Below are positions 1-9,736 of a stretch of DNA of 64,000 nt, piece after piece. Source of the stretch: a virus (Duplodnaviria > Caudoviricetes). Under the pieces are notes generated by a model. It made no database searches, was not told the DNA's origin, and worked only from the letters and a program-made list of their open reading frames with translations. The stretch lies in IMG/VR virus record IMGVR_UViG_3300028048_000068, positions 1 to 64,000 of that record. One strand, written 5' to 3'. Positions within the stretch are counted from its first letter, which is position 1. Every line of letters starts with the position of its first letter. A program made the translations under genes and the position numbers.

Positions 1-271
1 AGTCGTAGTTTGAATCACCTTGCGACAGCGGCACCTCAATTCTTCTTTCACAGTTAGTGCAAAAAAGGATTCGTGTGCCACGTCCAAGTCCGAACTTTAT
101 CCACTCCCCTTGCGGTCTGTCTGCGGATGGTATGGCTAAAATATGTTTCTTAACTCCTATGACATCTATATGCCCATTCTTCCGTACAAATTCAGGGTGT
201 TTCGACAGTTCTTCAATTCTTTTATCAATCGCCTTTAGCACATCCGATTCTTTAATCAGTCTGTCATTCAT
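1..271 (-). CDS. hypothetical protein (truncated by window edge), SADRPQGEW + CxxC family
   Basis: ATG at 271 after AAAGGAG RBS; open frame MNDRLIKESDVLKAIDKR...SADRPQGEW...CTNC runs off the window; not in ORF track. Confidence 0.75.
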   Translation of the reverse strand, partial: MNDRLIKESDVLKAIDKRIEELSKHPEFVRKNGHIDVIGVKKHILAIPSADRPQGEWIKFGLGRGTRILFCTNCERRIEVPLSQGDSNYD

Positions 272-656
272 CGTCTGCTCCTTTCATCTTCGCTCCGCAG
301 TGTGGGCAGTAGTTAGGCACACTTCCGTCATACCAAATATCTTGCCCAAAGACATATTCATCCCAATTGTGTCCACAGACAGAGCATTCGCTCGGAATCT
401 CGTAACCTTTCCACTCCCCTTGCGGTCTGTCTGCGGATAAAGCCTTTCTGACCTTTTCAACAACGGCACAATCTCCGCACCCTGTTTCTGCGTAACTGCA
501 CTCTCCGAATATCGTCATCATGCAATTATGCTCGTTGCCGTATATTGGTATGTCCTCTATCTCTACCGCTGTGCTGAAGTTCGGCATACCTTTGCTATTC
601 AGCTTCACTCTGTATATCTTTTCACTCATCGTCTGCTCCTTTCTCCCCAAGAGCAA
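264..656 (-). CDS. hypothetical Zn-ribbon protein (SADRPQGEW, CSVCG...CPHCG); probable start 629
   Basis: ORF track; RBS AAAGGAG before MSEKIY; C-terminal CxxC pairs. Confidence 0.75.
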   Translation of the reverse strand: MLLGRKEQTMSEKIYRVKLNSKGMPNFSTAVEIEDIPIYGNEHNCMMTIFGECSYAETGCGDCAVVEKVRKALSADRPQGEWKGYEIPSECSVCGHNWDEYVFGQDIWYDGSVPNYCPHCGAKMKGADDE

Positions 657-913
657 TAGTCATCGCTCTCCACATCTCGGTTATTTTCGGTACAGCGGTA
701 GAATATGATAGGCTCTCCCTTGAATGTGCCACGCTTCTTTTTGCAATAACGACACTCCTTGCAACATACTATGTCGATGCTCGATGCGTCACGCAGTAGC
801 GTCCTTGTGTTCTGTACCACATCTATGGTCACGGGGTCTGCGTTCTTCACTCGGCTCTCCCATCTGTCGAAAAAGTCCTCGCAGTATTCTGCGTCTATAT
901 ACCTACTCATCAT
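626..913 (-). CDS. hypothetical Cys-rich phage protein
   Basis: ORF track; CKECRYC...DDYCSWGER pattern typical of small phage proteins. Confidence 0.75.
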   Translation of the reverse strand: MMSRYIDAEYCEDFFDRWESRVKNADPVTIDVVQNTRTLLRDASSIDIVCCKECRYCKKKRGTFKGEPIIFYRCTENNRDVESDDYCSWGERSRR

Positions 914-1400
914 CTGCTCCTTTAATATCTATTTTATGGTACATATATACCGGCTCTCCGATATATCTGCCCCAATCTTCCAACTCGCAAAACTTAACCG
1001 CTTCCATTCCTTGCTTCTCTGACCAATGGCCATCACGAAAAACCTTAAAATGAAAGTCTACATCTATATTATAGTCCTCATCACAATAGCAAAAACCATT
1101 AAAGGCAATTAATTCCTTGTCTGACGTATCTGGCGCGCGGCCATCGCAGATTTCAAGTTCATCGCCAAACTCATTGAGCATGCCTTCAGTTAGTATATCA
1201 ATATAATAATTGCTTATATCATAGTTATCATAGCCATTCATTGCCATTTGCTCAACCCAATCGTAAATATCACCTTCAAGTTTTTCAAGATAACCCTCTG
1301 GGTCATACCATTCGTTGAGACGAAGAGCATAACTTCCGCAATTGGCACGACAACGATGGGAATTGTAGTAATTAAGGTCTGAATTTCGTGTATATTCCAT
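903..1400 (-). CDS. hypothetical protein (NCxxYA ... HF ... WSEK, possible cysteine-hydrolase-like fold)
   Basis: ORF track; AAGGAG RBS; leftward promoter-like element near 1425-1457. Confidence 0.75.
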   Translation of the reverse strand: MEYTRNSDLNYYNSHRCRANCGSYALRLNEWYDPEGYLEKLEGDIYDWVEQMAMNGYDNYDISNYYIDILTEGMLNEFGDELEICDGRAPDTSDKELIAFNGFCYCDEDYNIDVDFHFKVFRDGHWSEKQGMEAVKFCELEDWGRYIGEPVYMYHKIDIKGADDE

Positions 1401-1650
1401 TGAAATCTCCTTTCTATTCTTAATTTAATTATAGAAGAATTTTATGAAAATTTCAATTTTCTGTATGTTGAAGCGTGCGAAGCCACAGATTTATTGAACG
1501 AACGCTCCATTCGCTAAAATTACGGGCGGCCGCGCATCTACGTACAGACATCGACGAATTTTCAAAATTCTTCCTATTATATATACGCGCGCGTGCGCAC
1601 GCGATTTTATCAGAATTTTATTTATAAATCAAATAATTAAAATCTTCGAA

Positions 1651-1686
1651 TTTGAAAAAATCTAAAAAATCTGATATACTTATAAT
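1651..1686 (+). promoter_or_regulatory. sigma-A-like promoter, representative of a repeated class AAATTTGAAAA-N-TATAAT (also near 4999, 8751, 10248, 13226, 13980, 18892, 20166, 24628, 26421, 27330)
   Basis: TTGAAA then ~17 nt then TATACT/TATAAT, often followed by a GAAAGGA RBS; near-identical copies precede many rightward units. Confidence 0.75.
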
Positions 1687-1707
1687 ATATGAAAAGGAGA
1701 AAAACTT

Positions 1708-1950
1708 ATGACAAAAGCAGAACAAATAATCGCTGCATATTATTGTAGCGACGATGTCTTTCCAAATAATCGTTGTAAAGAATGTCCTTTTGGATATGGT
1801 TATTTAGATGATAGTGGAGACCATTCTTTTTGGTGGTGTGATGAAGAGAAAATAACCAAAGATGCTGTTGAACTTTTATCAACACTAACAGGACCAAAAC
1901 GAGTTGAAGAATTAAAACAAATGGCAAAGGAGTATTCACAATGGGTATAG
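1708..1950 (+). CDS. hypothetical protein
   Basis: ORF track; AAGGAG RBS. Confidence 0.75.
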   Translation: MTKAEQIIAAYYCSDDVFPNNRCKECPFGYGYLDDSGDHSFWWCDEEKITKDAVELLSTLTGPKRVEELKQMAKEYSQWV

Positions 1951-2339
1951 ATAAAGAAACTGAAATTAGATACAATCAAATCGTTGGCACGATAATGCAG
2001 AATGTCATTTCTGAGTGTGGTCTTGCGGGTGATAAAATTGTCCTATGGGATTTCCATGAAGACCAGCCATATGACCGTCTCTATTTCAATGCGGCTGCGA
2101 TTGTGGCAAACTGGAAGAAAAAGCGTATGTATGTGCAGATGCCATTTATAGACTATGTAAGGTTTAAATGGAAAAGACGTAAAACCCATAGAAGTCTTCG
2201 TTGGTGTGGTCCATTGATGGCGCGGGCGCTACCATCGGAAGCGAAGACGTCGATTTACTTAATAGTAGACTTCGTAAGGGAGTTCTATAATGAGTCTTAC
2301 GATACGTTTGAGAAGATAAATAATGAATTCTATGGGTAG
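1941..2339 (+). CDS. hypothetical protein
   Basis: ORF track; RBS, overlaps upstream stop. Confidence 0.7.
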   Translation: MGIDKETEIRYNQIVGTIMQNVISECGLAGDKIVLWDFHEDQPYDRLYFNAAAIVANWKKKRMYVQMPFIDYVRFKWKRRKTHRSLRWCGPLMARALPSEAKTSIYLIVDFVREFYNESYDTFEKINNEFYG

Positions 2340-2427
2340 GTAGATTAAAATGGTTATATGGTATAATTTAATTACATTGATAATTATTTTTATAATTTTA
2401 GATTATTTGTTTAATGGAGATGAGTAA

Positions 2428-3567
2428 ATGGAAGTTATTATAGATGGTTTTGACTTTTGGAATATGGAAGCGATGAAATACTTCGCTCCTTCTACAAGTT
2501 GGTCGGCTGAAAAGAAAAAGGAAAATGCGGAGCAAAAAATTTTTAGCGGCTCGTGGATGGCTGCGCGCAAACGTGATGGTATCTGGATGATGTTTATCAA
2601 AGATATGGACGGCAATATGTATCTGCGACCACGCGCGAGAAACACGAAAAAGGAATTTGTTAATAAAATTGATTGGGTGCCTCATCTTCATCCATTCTTC
2701 AATGAAATAGACCCAGGAACAGTATTTCTTGGAGAACTTTATGCTCCATGGGATGAGCAAGCAAAAACAACAACCTCAATAATGAATTGTTTACTTCCAA
2801 AAGCACTGAAGCGTCAAGAAAACGAAGACCGCAAGCTTCATTATTATATATTTGATATACTTGCAGAAAATGGTGAATCCTACTTAGACATGAAAGCGAA
2901 AGATAGGTTTGTTTTACTCAATAGTTATTGGCGAGCTTATGGTGAGCATTATCACGAATGGGCGCAGTACCTCTATGGCAATGAACTTTGGAATGAGCTT
3001 CAGTCAATTCTTGCGTCCGGCGGCGAGGGTATGGTTATTATTAATGAAGATTCATTATACCAGCCTGGTAAGAGAAGTAATTCTGTTTCCTTAAAAATTA
3101 AAAAGGAAATTCAAGAGACTATTGATTGTGTAATCATAGGAAGTAATCCTCCAGCATATTTATATACTGGAAAAGAGATAGAGTCGTGGCCTTACTGGTT
3201 TGATACTTTAACAAATCAAAAGATTTTAGCTTCTGAATATTTTGCAACGCATCATGAAACTATTTATAAGCTATATAACGATGGAGGTCATATTGAGCCT
3301 GTGACAAAAACTTGGTTTTATGGTTGGGCTGGCTCCTTACAACTGGGTTTATATAAAGATGATAAGCTAATTCATGTTGGTGATTTAAGTGGTATAACTG
3401 ATGAAATTCGTCAAAATTGGAAAAATTATGTGGGAACTGTTGTAGAAATAAGTTGTATGGAAATTAGTGAAGATAAAAATGGCAATAAGGGTTTTAGACA
3501 TCCAAGAGCTTTAAATTTTATGAGAGATAAAAATCCTAAAGATTGTACAATGGAGCAAATTTTATGA
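2428..3567 (+). CDS. lig: ATP-dependent DNA ligase
   Basis: Motif I RKRDG, III FLGEL, IIIa IFDIL, IV EGMVI, V LKIKK, VI FRHPR. Confidence 0.9.
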   Translation: MEVIIDGFDFWNMEAMKYFAPSTSWSAEKKKENAEQKIFSGSWMAARKRDGIWMMFIKDMDGNMYLRPRARNTKKEFVNKIDWVPHLHPFFNEIDPGTVFLGELYAPWDEQAKTTTSIMNCLLPKALKRQENEDRKLHYYIFDILAENGESYLDMKAKDRFVLLNSYWRAYGEHYHEWAQYLYGNELWNELQSILASGGEGMVIINEDSLYQPGKRSNSVSLKIKKEIQETIDCVIIGSNPPAYLYTGKEIESWPYWFDTLTNQKILASEYFATHHETIYKLYNDGGHIEPVTKTWFYGWAGSLQLGLYKDDKLIHVGDLSGITDEIRQNWKNYVGTVVEISCMEISEDKNGNKGFRHPRALNFMRDKNPKDCTMEQIL

Positions 3568-4316
3568 TAGTATATATTTATACTTTTCCAAACGGTAAAA
3601 AATATGTTGGGCAAACCAGCGTGTCTTTAAAAGAACGAGCCAAAAATGGTGAAGGATACATTAATAGTCCTGCAGTTTATAATGCTATTAAAAAATATAA
3701 ATGGGAAAACCTACAAATTGAAACCTTTCCCTGTAATTCTGAAGAAGAAATGAATTTTTTAGAACGATATTATATTAAATTATATAAAACAAATGAAAGA
3801 CAATATGGATATAATCTTACTCTTGGAGGCGATGGCGTTGTAAGATATGATAGAACAAAAATACGACAATTATGGGAAGAAGGTTTTAATATAAGTGAAA
3901 TTGCCGAAAAGATGGGGTGTGTAGGGAATACTATATCAAAAATTTTACAAGTAGAAGGATTATATGATGCTGAAGAAGTAGATAGGCGTAAGCGTAAAAG
4001 ATTATCGGTAATTAATGGTTCACAATTACAAGAGTATTATAAAACAGAAGAACACAAACGAAAACGAGTTCAAAACGGTTTAAGGGGCGCGAAAGTACGT
4101 AGTAAGCCAGTAATTGTATACAAAGATAAAGAGTGTACTCAATTAGTGGGAGTTTATGATAGTGGTAGGCAAAGTGCGAAGGCTTTAGGCATTGACCATA
4201 GTGCACCTTCATATGGTTTAACCCATAATCACTATAGTAGTGGATATTATTTTTATTTTTTAGAAGAAATCGACGACAAGCCAGCGCATGAGTGTACGAT
4301 AGACCAGGTGAGGTAA
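3564..4316 (+). CDS. GIY-YIG homing endonuclease with HTH/NUMOD1-like C-terminus
   Basis: VYIYTFPNGKKYVGQT; E..YI...YGYNLTLGGDG; C-terminal 'YDSGRQSAKALGI'. Confidence 0.85.
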   Translation: MIVYIYTFPNGKKYVGQTSVSLKERAKNGEGYINSPAVYNAIKKYKWENLQIETFPCNSEEEMNFLERYYIKLYKTNERQYGYNLTLGGDGVVRYDRTKIRQLWEEGFNISEIAEKMGCVGNTISKILQVEGLYDAEEVDRRKRKRLSVINGSQLQEYYKTEEHKRKRVQNGLRGAKVRSKPVIVYKDKECTQLVGVYDSGRQSAKALGIDHSAPSYGLTHNHYSSGYYFYFLEEIDDKPAHECTIDQVR

Positions 4317-4318
4317 AA

Positions 4319-4501
4319 ATGGATAATAATAATGGTGCTATGAAATTTTGCGACGTACTTTTAATAGTATTCGTTGTACTTAAATTGGTTGGTGTTATTA
4401 ATTGGTCTTGGTGGTGGGTTCTTGCACCATTTTGGATACCAACTTTAATAGTTATATTTTTAATCGTTGCTATTAAAATAGCAGAAAGGAAAGGTCTATG
4501 A
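4319..4501 (+). CDS. small membrane protein (WSWWWVLAPFW family)
   Basis: two hydrophobic segments; GAGG RBS. Confidence 0.75.
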   Translation: MDNNNGAMKFCDVLLIVFVVLKLVGVINWSWWWVLAPFWIPTLIVIFLIVAIKIAERKGL

Positions 4502-4704
4502 AACGAATTCCATTTCTATGGTGCTATACTGTACCTGACGCAATGATTAATCATAATTTTACTGATGATTGTGCGATATGTTTTGCTTTAACTAGAAAAC
4601 GAGCATTAAAGAAGTTTAGAAAATTTTATGACTTCGCGCCAAATGAGTCAATCGACAAAGTTTATCTTAATTTTGGCGGTATAGCTATTTTAACTGATTA
4701 TTAA
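4498..4704 (+). CDS. hypothetical protein
   Basis: ORF track; coupled to upstream gene. Confidence 0.7.
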   Translation: MKRIPFLWCYTVPDAMINHNFTDDCAICFALTRKRALKKFRKFYDFAPNESIDKVYLNFGGIAILTDY

Positions 4705-4719
4705 AGAAAGGAGCAATCT

Positions 4720-4938
4720 ATGGTATTCTCAATTATATTAGCAGGTGTATTTGTTTTTGGAGCTCTCGTATGCTACGCAAGTTGTTGCGCGGCCGCGCGA
4801 GCTGACAGGCAAAGTGAAGAATATTTTGCTCTTAAAGAACAAGAGAATAAAGTGGCAGCTAAGTATACACTCAATGATATTCGAGAACTTTATGGTTTGG
4901 AACCAATTTCTGAAAATTTGAAAGATTCAGAAAATTAG
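4720..4938 (+). CDS. hypothetical protein with N-terminal hydrophobic segment
   Basis: ORF track; AAGGAG RBS. Confidence 0.7.
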   Translation: MVFSIILAGVFVFGALVCYASCCAAARADRQSEEYFALKEQENKVAAKYTLNDIRELYGLEPISENLKDSEN

Positions 4939-5039
4939 CGTATAATATAATTACAGAGTTGAGAGAGAAAAAATTTTTGGAAACTCTGAAAGTGAAAATT
5001 TGAAAAAGTTTAAAAATTTCTATATAATTAATATAGAAA

Positions 5040-6285
5040 GTGAGAGATAAAGTTCGTAATCAGAACTATGGGCGGTGGTTTTCACAAAGCTTTCCTTTCT
5101 GCCACCGCCCGCGTTGCTAGCGTAATCGCGCCAAGTGTAGCTAACTTGAGAGTCTCAAGCCTCTATAAAGCGAGAGAGCGTTAACAATATAGGTAGGAAA
5201 CCAGACTGACAAGACATCACAGAGCGAAGGGCAAACGTAAGACTGAGGGCATGCTAGTACGTCGAACAGGTTTGTTGGGATAAGATAGAGTACAGATAAT
5301 ACTCCCACAGCGTAAGCTGGCAGAATGGGTTTCCTTTAAATTAAAAGTCTGTGAGCCTATATGTGTTATTAATCACCTAAGGTTACTTTAGCGGATTGTT
5401 GATAATAGAACCGCAGTTAATAAACTTCTAACAAAACTATAATTACAGACTAGCAAATAGATACTGTATAAAACTGATGTGCGGTTAACTGACCTTAAAG
5501 TCCCTTTTATGACACCACGTAAGTGCCTCCCCGTGGCGGTGTTGGAGATAGCGACTTTACTCCGTGGAGACTGTCCTTGAGCCAAACTTACAAACTGAAT
5601 AATAAGAACTCAGTGCAGATACGTTGAACCAACGTGCTGAGGCGCGCTAAAAAGGTCAGGTCGAACGAATCACGGATACGTGAGGATAGTCTCTGTGGCA
5701 ATAATCGTGAGGTTATTGTTGTAGCGGGTGAACCCCCAAACCTAAGGTGTGGCGCCTTTGCTATCGCAGGTAAAGGTAGTATGCGAGTCGGGAGAATAAT
5801 AGAAGCGGTTGTGAAGAGCTTCCGCTGAATCGGAGTTAGGGCAACGACAGGTGGTGCTGTGGCCACACCTCTGAAATACCAACAATCTCCTCTGTCGTGA
5901 AGCGAAGAAATTCGTGTATAAGGCTTGTATGCAAACTCCGAGTAGCTCAAGACAAAGCATTGACATTCAAGGGATAGGAAAAAAGTTTTTCCATTGTATG
6001 TAACCGTAAGGTGGGTGAAAGGTGGGTCTGGTAATCAATCCCCCATGGGACGTTAGCTGTCTTAAGGCTGGGGCATATTAGGTCAAGGTCGCTCCTTGGT
6101 CTTCGGATGTGTCTCCCCATTGACCGAATATATCTGAAGATAGTTGAGGGTAGGGTGAAAGCTCCTTATTGTTCATAAAGCAACATTCGAACAGGCTGAA
6201 ATCGTTGCGGCGGATGCGTCCGTGCCTGTCATATATGATACCATTAGGGTTGCCTTCTCGTGGCGGTATCGTTTGTAACTAAAAC
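5040..6285 (+). ncRNA. large structured ncRNA, GOLLD-like candidate
   Basis: ~1.2 kb without a credible ORF, downstream of its own promoter (4999-5028); many helices (GGGCGGTGG/CCACCGCCC, GGAGACTGTCCT/AGGATAGTCTCT, TCGGAGTT/AACTCCGA); phage and tRNA-cluster context; family assignment is from memory. Confidence 0.6.
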
Positions 6286-6323
6286 CCTTAATTTTTTTAT
6301 TATATAGTAAAGGAGCGTTAGTA

Positions 6324-6611
6324 ATGAGAATTATAAGTGATATTACAGGAAAGGAATATAAGACAGTAGACGAATGTCTTAAGGCAGAAAAAGAATATAA
6401 AGAAGCTAAAGCAAAGGCTGAAAAGGATAAGGCTGAACTTCAGGCGAAGAAGGATGCGGCTTATCAGAAGGCGATTGATGCTTGTGATGAATATCTGAAG
6501 CTGTGCGGTATTGAAACTCATTTTGATAGTAATGGATATAGAGTTAAAATTCATAGCGATGACAAGGCTGATAAAATTTTCGAAGATATACTTAATGCAT
6601 GGCTTAGTTAA
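6324..6611 (+). CDS. hypothetical coiled-coil protein
   Basis: ORF track; AAGGAG RBS. Confidence 0.8.
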   Translation: MRIISDITGKEYKTVDECLKAEKEYKEAKAKAEKDKAELQAKKDAAYQKAIDACDEYLKLCGIETHFDSNGYRVKIHSDDKADKIFEDILNAWLS

Positions 6612-6628
6612 GAAAGGCGGGAGAGTTA

Positions 6629-6769
6629 ATGGTTAATATTAAGAAAGATAGACTGTTAGAAACGGAGATTCGACTTCATAAGCTGAAAAACAATGGAAGA
6701 AATGATGACTCTCCCGGAGTTATTCGTAAGCTGGAGCGTAAGATTAGACACATAAAGAGGGAGGGTTAA
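6629..6769 (+). CDS. small basic hypothetical protein (46 aa)
   Basis: MVNIKKDRLLETEIRLHKLK...; GGAG RBS; below ORF-track cutoff. Confidence 0.6.
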   Translation: MVNIKKDRLLETEIRLHKLKNNGRNDDSPGVIRKLERKIRHIKREG

Positions 6770-6795
6770 ACCTCTCTTTTTTAATAGGAGGAATT

Positions 6796-7182
6796 ATGGG
6801 ATTTAAAAGTAATGGGGTGAGGTGGACTTGGAGTGATACTACTACAACAGGAGAGCCGCCGCAGTATACTACGACCACCACAATGGGTGACCCAGTTGAG
6901 ATTAAGGCACCAGAATGGAAGATTGAAGATAAGATTGAAATCAATAGTCCAATTAAAGTAGAAACCATAGAAGAGCCAAAAGGTTGGATTTGTCCACGAT
7001 GCGGCCGTGTGAATGCGCCATGGGTTGCATCGTGTTCATGTAACGGAAGTGTCTTTAAGAAAATAAATACATGGACAGAATCTGACATACCAGAAGCATG
7101 TAGAAGCTGTTCAAATCATCCAAGCAATGGCGGTAGTGGAATTTGTTATTGTACTCTTGGAACACCGAAAGTTACTTGTTAA
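6796..7182 (+). CDS. Zn-finger hypothetical protein (GWICPRCG; CRSCSNHPSNGGSGIC)
   Basis: ORF track; GGAGG RBS. Confidence 0.8.
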   Translation: MGFKSNGVRWTWSDTTTTGEPPQYTTTTTMGDPVEIKAPEWKIEDKIEINSPIKVETIEEPKGWICPRCGRVNAPWVASCSCNGSVFKKINTWTESDIPEACRSCSNHPSNGGSGICYCTLGTPKVTC

Positions 7183-7245
7183 AAATTTTATTTATTAAAA
7201 AATTTTTGATATAATAAATTAGAAAGTAAGAGAGGAAAAATTTTT

Positions 7246-7455
7246 ATGGCTAAGCAGATTGGTGAATTAGAATTTTGGTATAAAGATTACATTGAAGATG
7301 AGTTCAATGGGTCGGTTGATTGCACCTATGGAATTTGGGGTGTTAATGAATATGACGGACTAACTATGGAGAAGTATTATACGCTTTGTAAACAGTTTGC
7401 CGCAGCGATGGGATTTGACCGCATAACAATCAATAAATGGTTTAATTGTGATTGA
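7246..7455 (+). CDS. hypothetical protein
   Basis: ORF track; promoter-like element and RBS upstream. Confidence 0.7.
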   Translation: MAKQIGELEFWYKDYIEDEFNGSVDCTYGIWGVNEYDGLTMEKYYTLCKQFAAAMGFDRITINKWFNCD

Positions 7456-7561
7456 TGGAGAGGTTGTATGTCGAAGGCGGCCGTTCAACTTTGGAAATCA
7501 AATGGTTCAACTTACTTGTGAAGTAGGTTGACCGCGCGCAGTGTAAGTAGAAGGAGTACAT

Positions 7562-7861
7562 ATGGGAGTAATTCTAAAAGTAGACGAATGGAAAAGTGCT
7601 TCAGGTAATTGGTATGTTGCTGATGTCCATACTTGGACGGGCTGGCGCGAGTGTGCGGATGTCCTCGGAGCAGACACGCTTGAAGATTATATTGAGTTGC
7701 TTGAAACAAAATATAAAGCCATAGTCCATGGTACAATTGGAGTGGCAGGGAACGAACCTGCCAACGTAATGTTTAATTGGCCGCAGTCTGAATATAAGAA
7801 CGCTCATCAATTTAAGCTTGATGTTAATAGAATTGCTCGCAAGAAAAACTACTTAGTATAA
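7562..7861 (+). CDS. hypothetical protein
   Basis: ORF track; AAGGAG RBS. Confidence 0.75.
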   Translation: MGVILKVDEWKSASGNWYVADVHTWTGWRECADVLGADTLEDYIELLETKYKAIVHGTIGVAGNEPANVMFNWPQSEYKNAHQFKLDVNRIARKKNYLV

Positions 7862-7875
7862 GGAGGACTTTTCAT

Positions 7876-8181
7876 ATGAGTCGAAGCTATAAGAAAAATC
7901 CAATTGCAAAAGATAGTGGCGATAAAAAGTCAATGAAACAGATTGCCAACCGTACAGTGCGCCGGCGCGTCAAAGATGATGAAGATATGCCTGCGCGCCT
8001 TCAGCATAAGAAGATGACGGAAAGCTGGGATATTACTGACTTTAAAACACGTATGACACGTGAGGAAGCTATCGCATGGTATAACGATGATTCGATGTAT
8101 AAATCGGAGAGGTTTAAAAAGCGTTATCCGACTCTTAAAGCATGGCTCAAATATTGGGAAAAGTGTTATGTACGGAAGTAG
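7876..8181 (+). CDS. basic hypothetical protein (MSRSYKK family)
   Basis: ORF track; AGGAGG RBS. Confidence 0.8.
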   Translation: MSRSYKKNPIAKDSGDKKSMKQIANRTVRRRVKDDEDMPARLQHKKMTESWDITDFKTRMTREEAIAWYNDDSMYKSERFKKRYPTLKAWLKYWEKCYVRK

Positions 8182-8412
8182 GTGAAAAATTCAAGATTAT
8201 ATTATAATGATATTTATTTAGGAACACTCTATGAAAATGGAGAATTTAGTTATACTTTAAATTCAAATCAAAGCCAATATATGGATATGGAAATTACAGT
8301 ACATGTGTTGGAAACCATACGTAAGGCTGGGTTAGATAAGGGGTTTGATTTTCATAGATATATAACTGATTGGAAAGAATTTCCTTTTAAGAATCAATTT
8401 GAATTTAAGTAA
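8182..8412 (+). CDS. hypothetical protein
   Basis: ORF track; GTG start abutting upstream stop. Confidence 0.6.
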   Translation: MKNSRLYYNDIYLGTLYENGEFSYTLNSNQSQYMDMEITVHVLETIRKAGLDKGFDFHRYITDWKEFPFKNQFEFK

Positions 8413-8594
8413 TGTTCCTTACGGGCCTCTCAATGATGCATAAAGACGTAAGGCCATTTGAAGGCGCATTGGGCCTCTGCAGGGTCCACCCACGCGACGT
8501 CTGCGCCGAGTTATAAATGGAGCACGCGGAACTCCAGGGGAAGTTCCTCTGCCAGGGCGGGTTGGGCCGCCCACCTTTTCTTTGGAGGTTTATT

Positions 8595-8762
8595 ATGGAA
8601 ATAGAGATTAAAGATACACCCTATGCAGATAGATATTGTGGTAACTGCGCAGAGTGTGTTAAAACTGAATTACGTTATTGCTTAAAAAACCATGCTTTTG
8701 TTGCAAAGAATAAGTGGTGCAACCAATGGCATGCCGAAGAGCGCGACAAATTTGAAAATTAG
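8595..8762 (+). CDS. small Cys-rich hypothetical protein
   Basis: GGAGG RBS before MEIEIKD; CGNC..C..C. Confidence 0.65.
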   Translation: MEIEIKDTPYADRYCGNCAECVKTELRYCLKNHAFVAKNKWCNQWHAEERDKFEN

Positions 8763-8806
8763 TAAATTTTCTGGTATAATTATAATATAATGAGAGGTAT
8801 AAGTTT

Positions 8807-9028
8807 ATGAGTTCAAATTTTTGGAGATTTGCTTCTACACTTGAAAAAGAGTTTAAAGTACCTTATGATAGGACATTGGAACGAGTGCTATGCCCAGAAT
8901 GCAGACGCATTATAGTTGGGGAGAAATTTGACTTCAAAGATTATACTTCATATACAGAAGACGGCTATGTGGTATATAGTTGCCCTTATTGCAAGCGCGT
9001 GCTTACGTGCAGGGCGGTCGAAGCATAA
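8807..9028 (+). CDS. Zn-ribbon hypothetical protein
   Basis: CPEC...CPYC; promoter and GAGG RBS. Confidence 0.75.
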   Translation: MSSNFWRFASTLEKEFKVPYDRTLERVLCPECRRIIVGEKFDFKDYTSYTEDGYVVYSCPYCKRVLTCRAVEA

Positions 9029-9029
9029 A

Positions 9030-9422
9030 ATTAAGCCAAGGCCGAAGGCTTCAGTGGTACAAACCACTTTAAATATATGAGAAAGCCTGGTAGCACGCCA
9101 GCACCTGTGCATAGGGAAGTGATGACAGTCGTTGCAACGAATAAGTGGAAGTCATCGCGCCGGCGGTTAAGTGTGATGGTGGGGTCCGAAGTACCGTTTT
9201 TTTTGTTAATGCAGGACATAAGGGCCTGAGGTTGGCGGGCAACGATAAAATCCGAAAAAATTCGTAGATAGGCAAGCATTAAAAGCCGCTTAAGACAATA
9301 ATGTGGAGACTCAAGATTGGAACGTCTGTGGGGTGAACACAGCGCCGTAAGGTGATAAATCAATAAAGTCTACGCAATCCATAGAGTCCGTTCGCGTGAT
9401 TGAAACTGCACGCTCTACGAAT
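9030..9422 (+). ncRNA. candidate structured ncRNA upstream of tRNA-Lys
   Basis: GC-richer ORF-free segment; ATTCGTAGA (~9260) pairs with TCTACGAAT (~9414); GATGAC/GTCATC helix. Confidence 0.4.
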
Positions 9423-9425
9423 TAT

Positions 9426-9501
9426 GACCCATTAGCTCAGTTGGAAGAGCATTTGACTTTTAATCAAAGGGTCCGCAGTTCAAGTCTGCGATGGGTCACC
9501 A
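9426..9501 (+). tRNA. tRNA-Lys(TTT)
   Basis: cloverleaf, loop CTTTTAA, encoded CCA. Confidence 0.95.
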
Positions 9502-9736
9502 TTGTGGTGGCGTGTTTGAAGAAACCACGCTAGCAAAAAGCACGCACGCTTCCTGGTTTGCGTAAATTAAAGGGGTATTCCGACTATCCAAAGTACCAGG
9601 CTAAATTACGCTCGGATTTATAAGTTGTACGTATTCTGCGGCCGGTCGTCCTTGTACGTTCATAGGCCGCAGATATTGTACGTACATGAGCGACCGCGCG
9701 CAGTGTGAATACAACTTCAACGAAAGGAGAATATCT

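Noticed and set aside
5388-5966. ORFs 5388-5585, 5588-5950, 5634-5828, 5742-5966
   Set aside because: No RBS, atypical composition; they overlap the structured RNA candidate.
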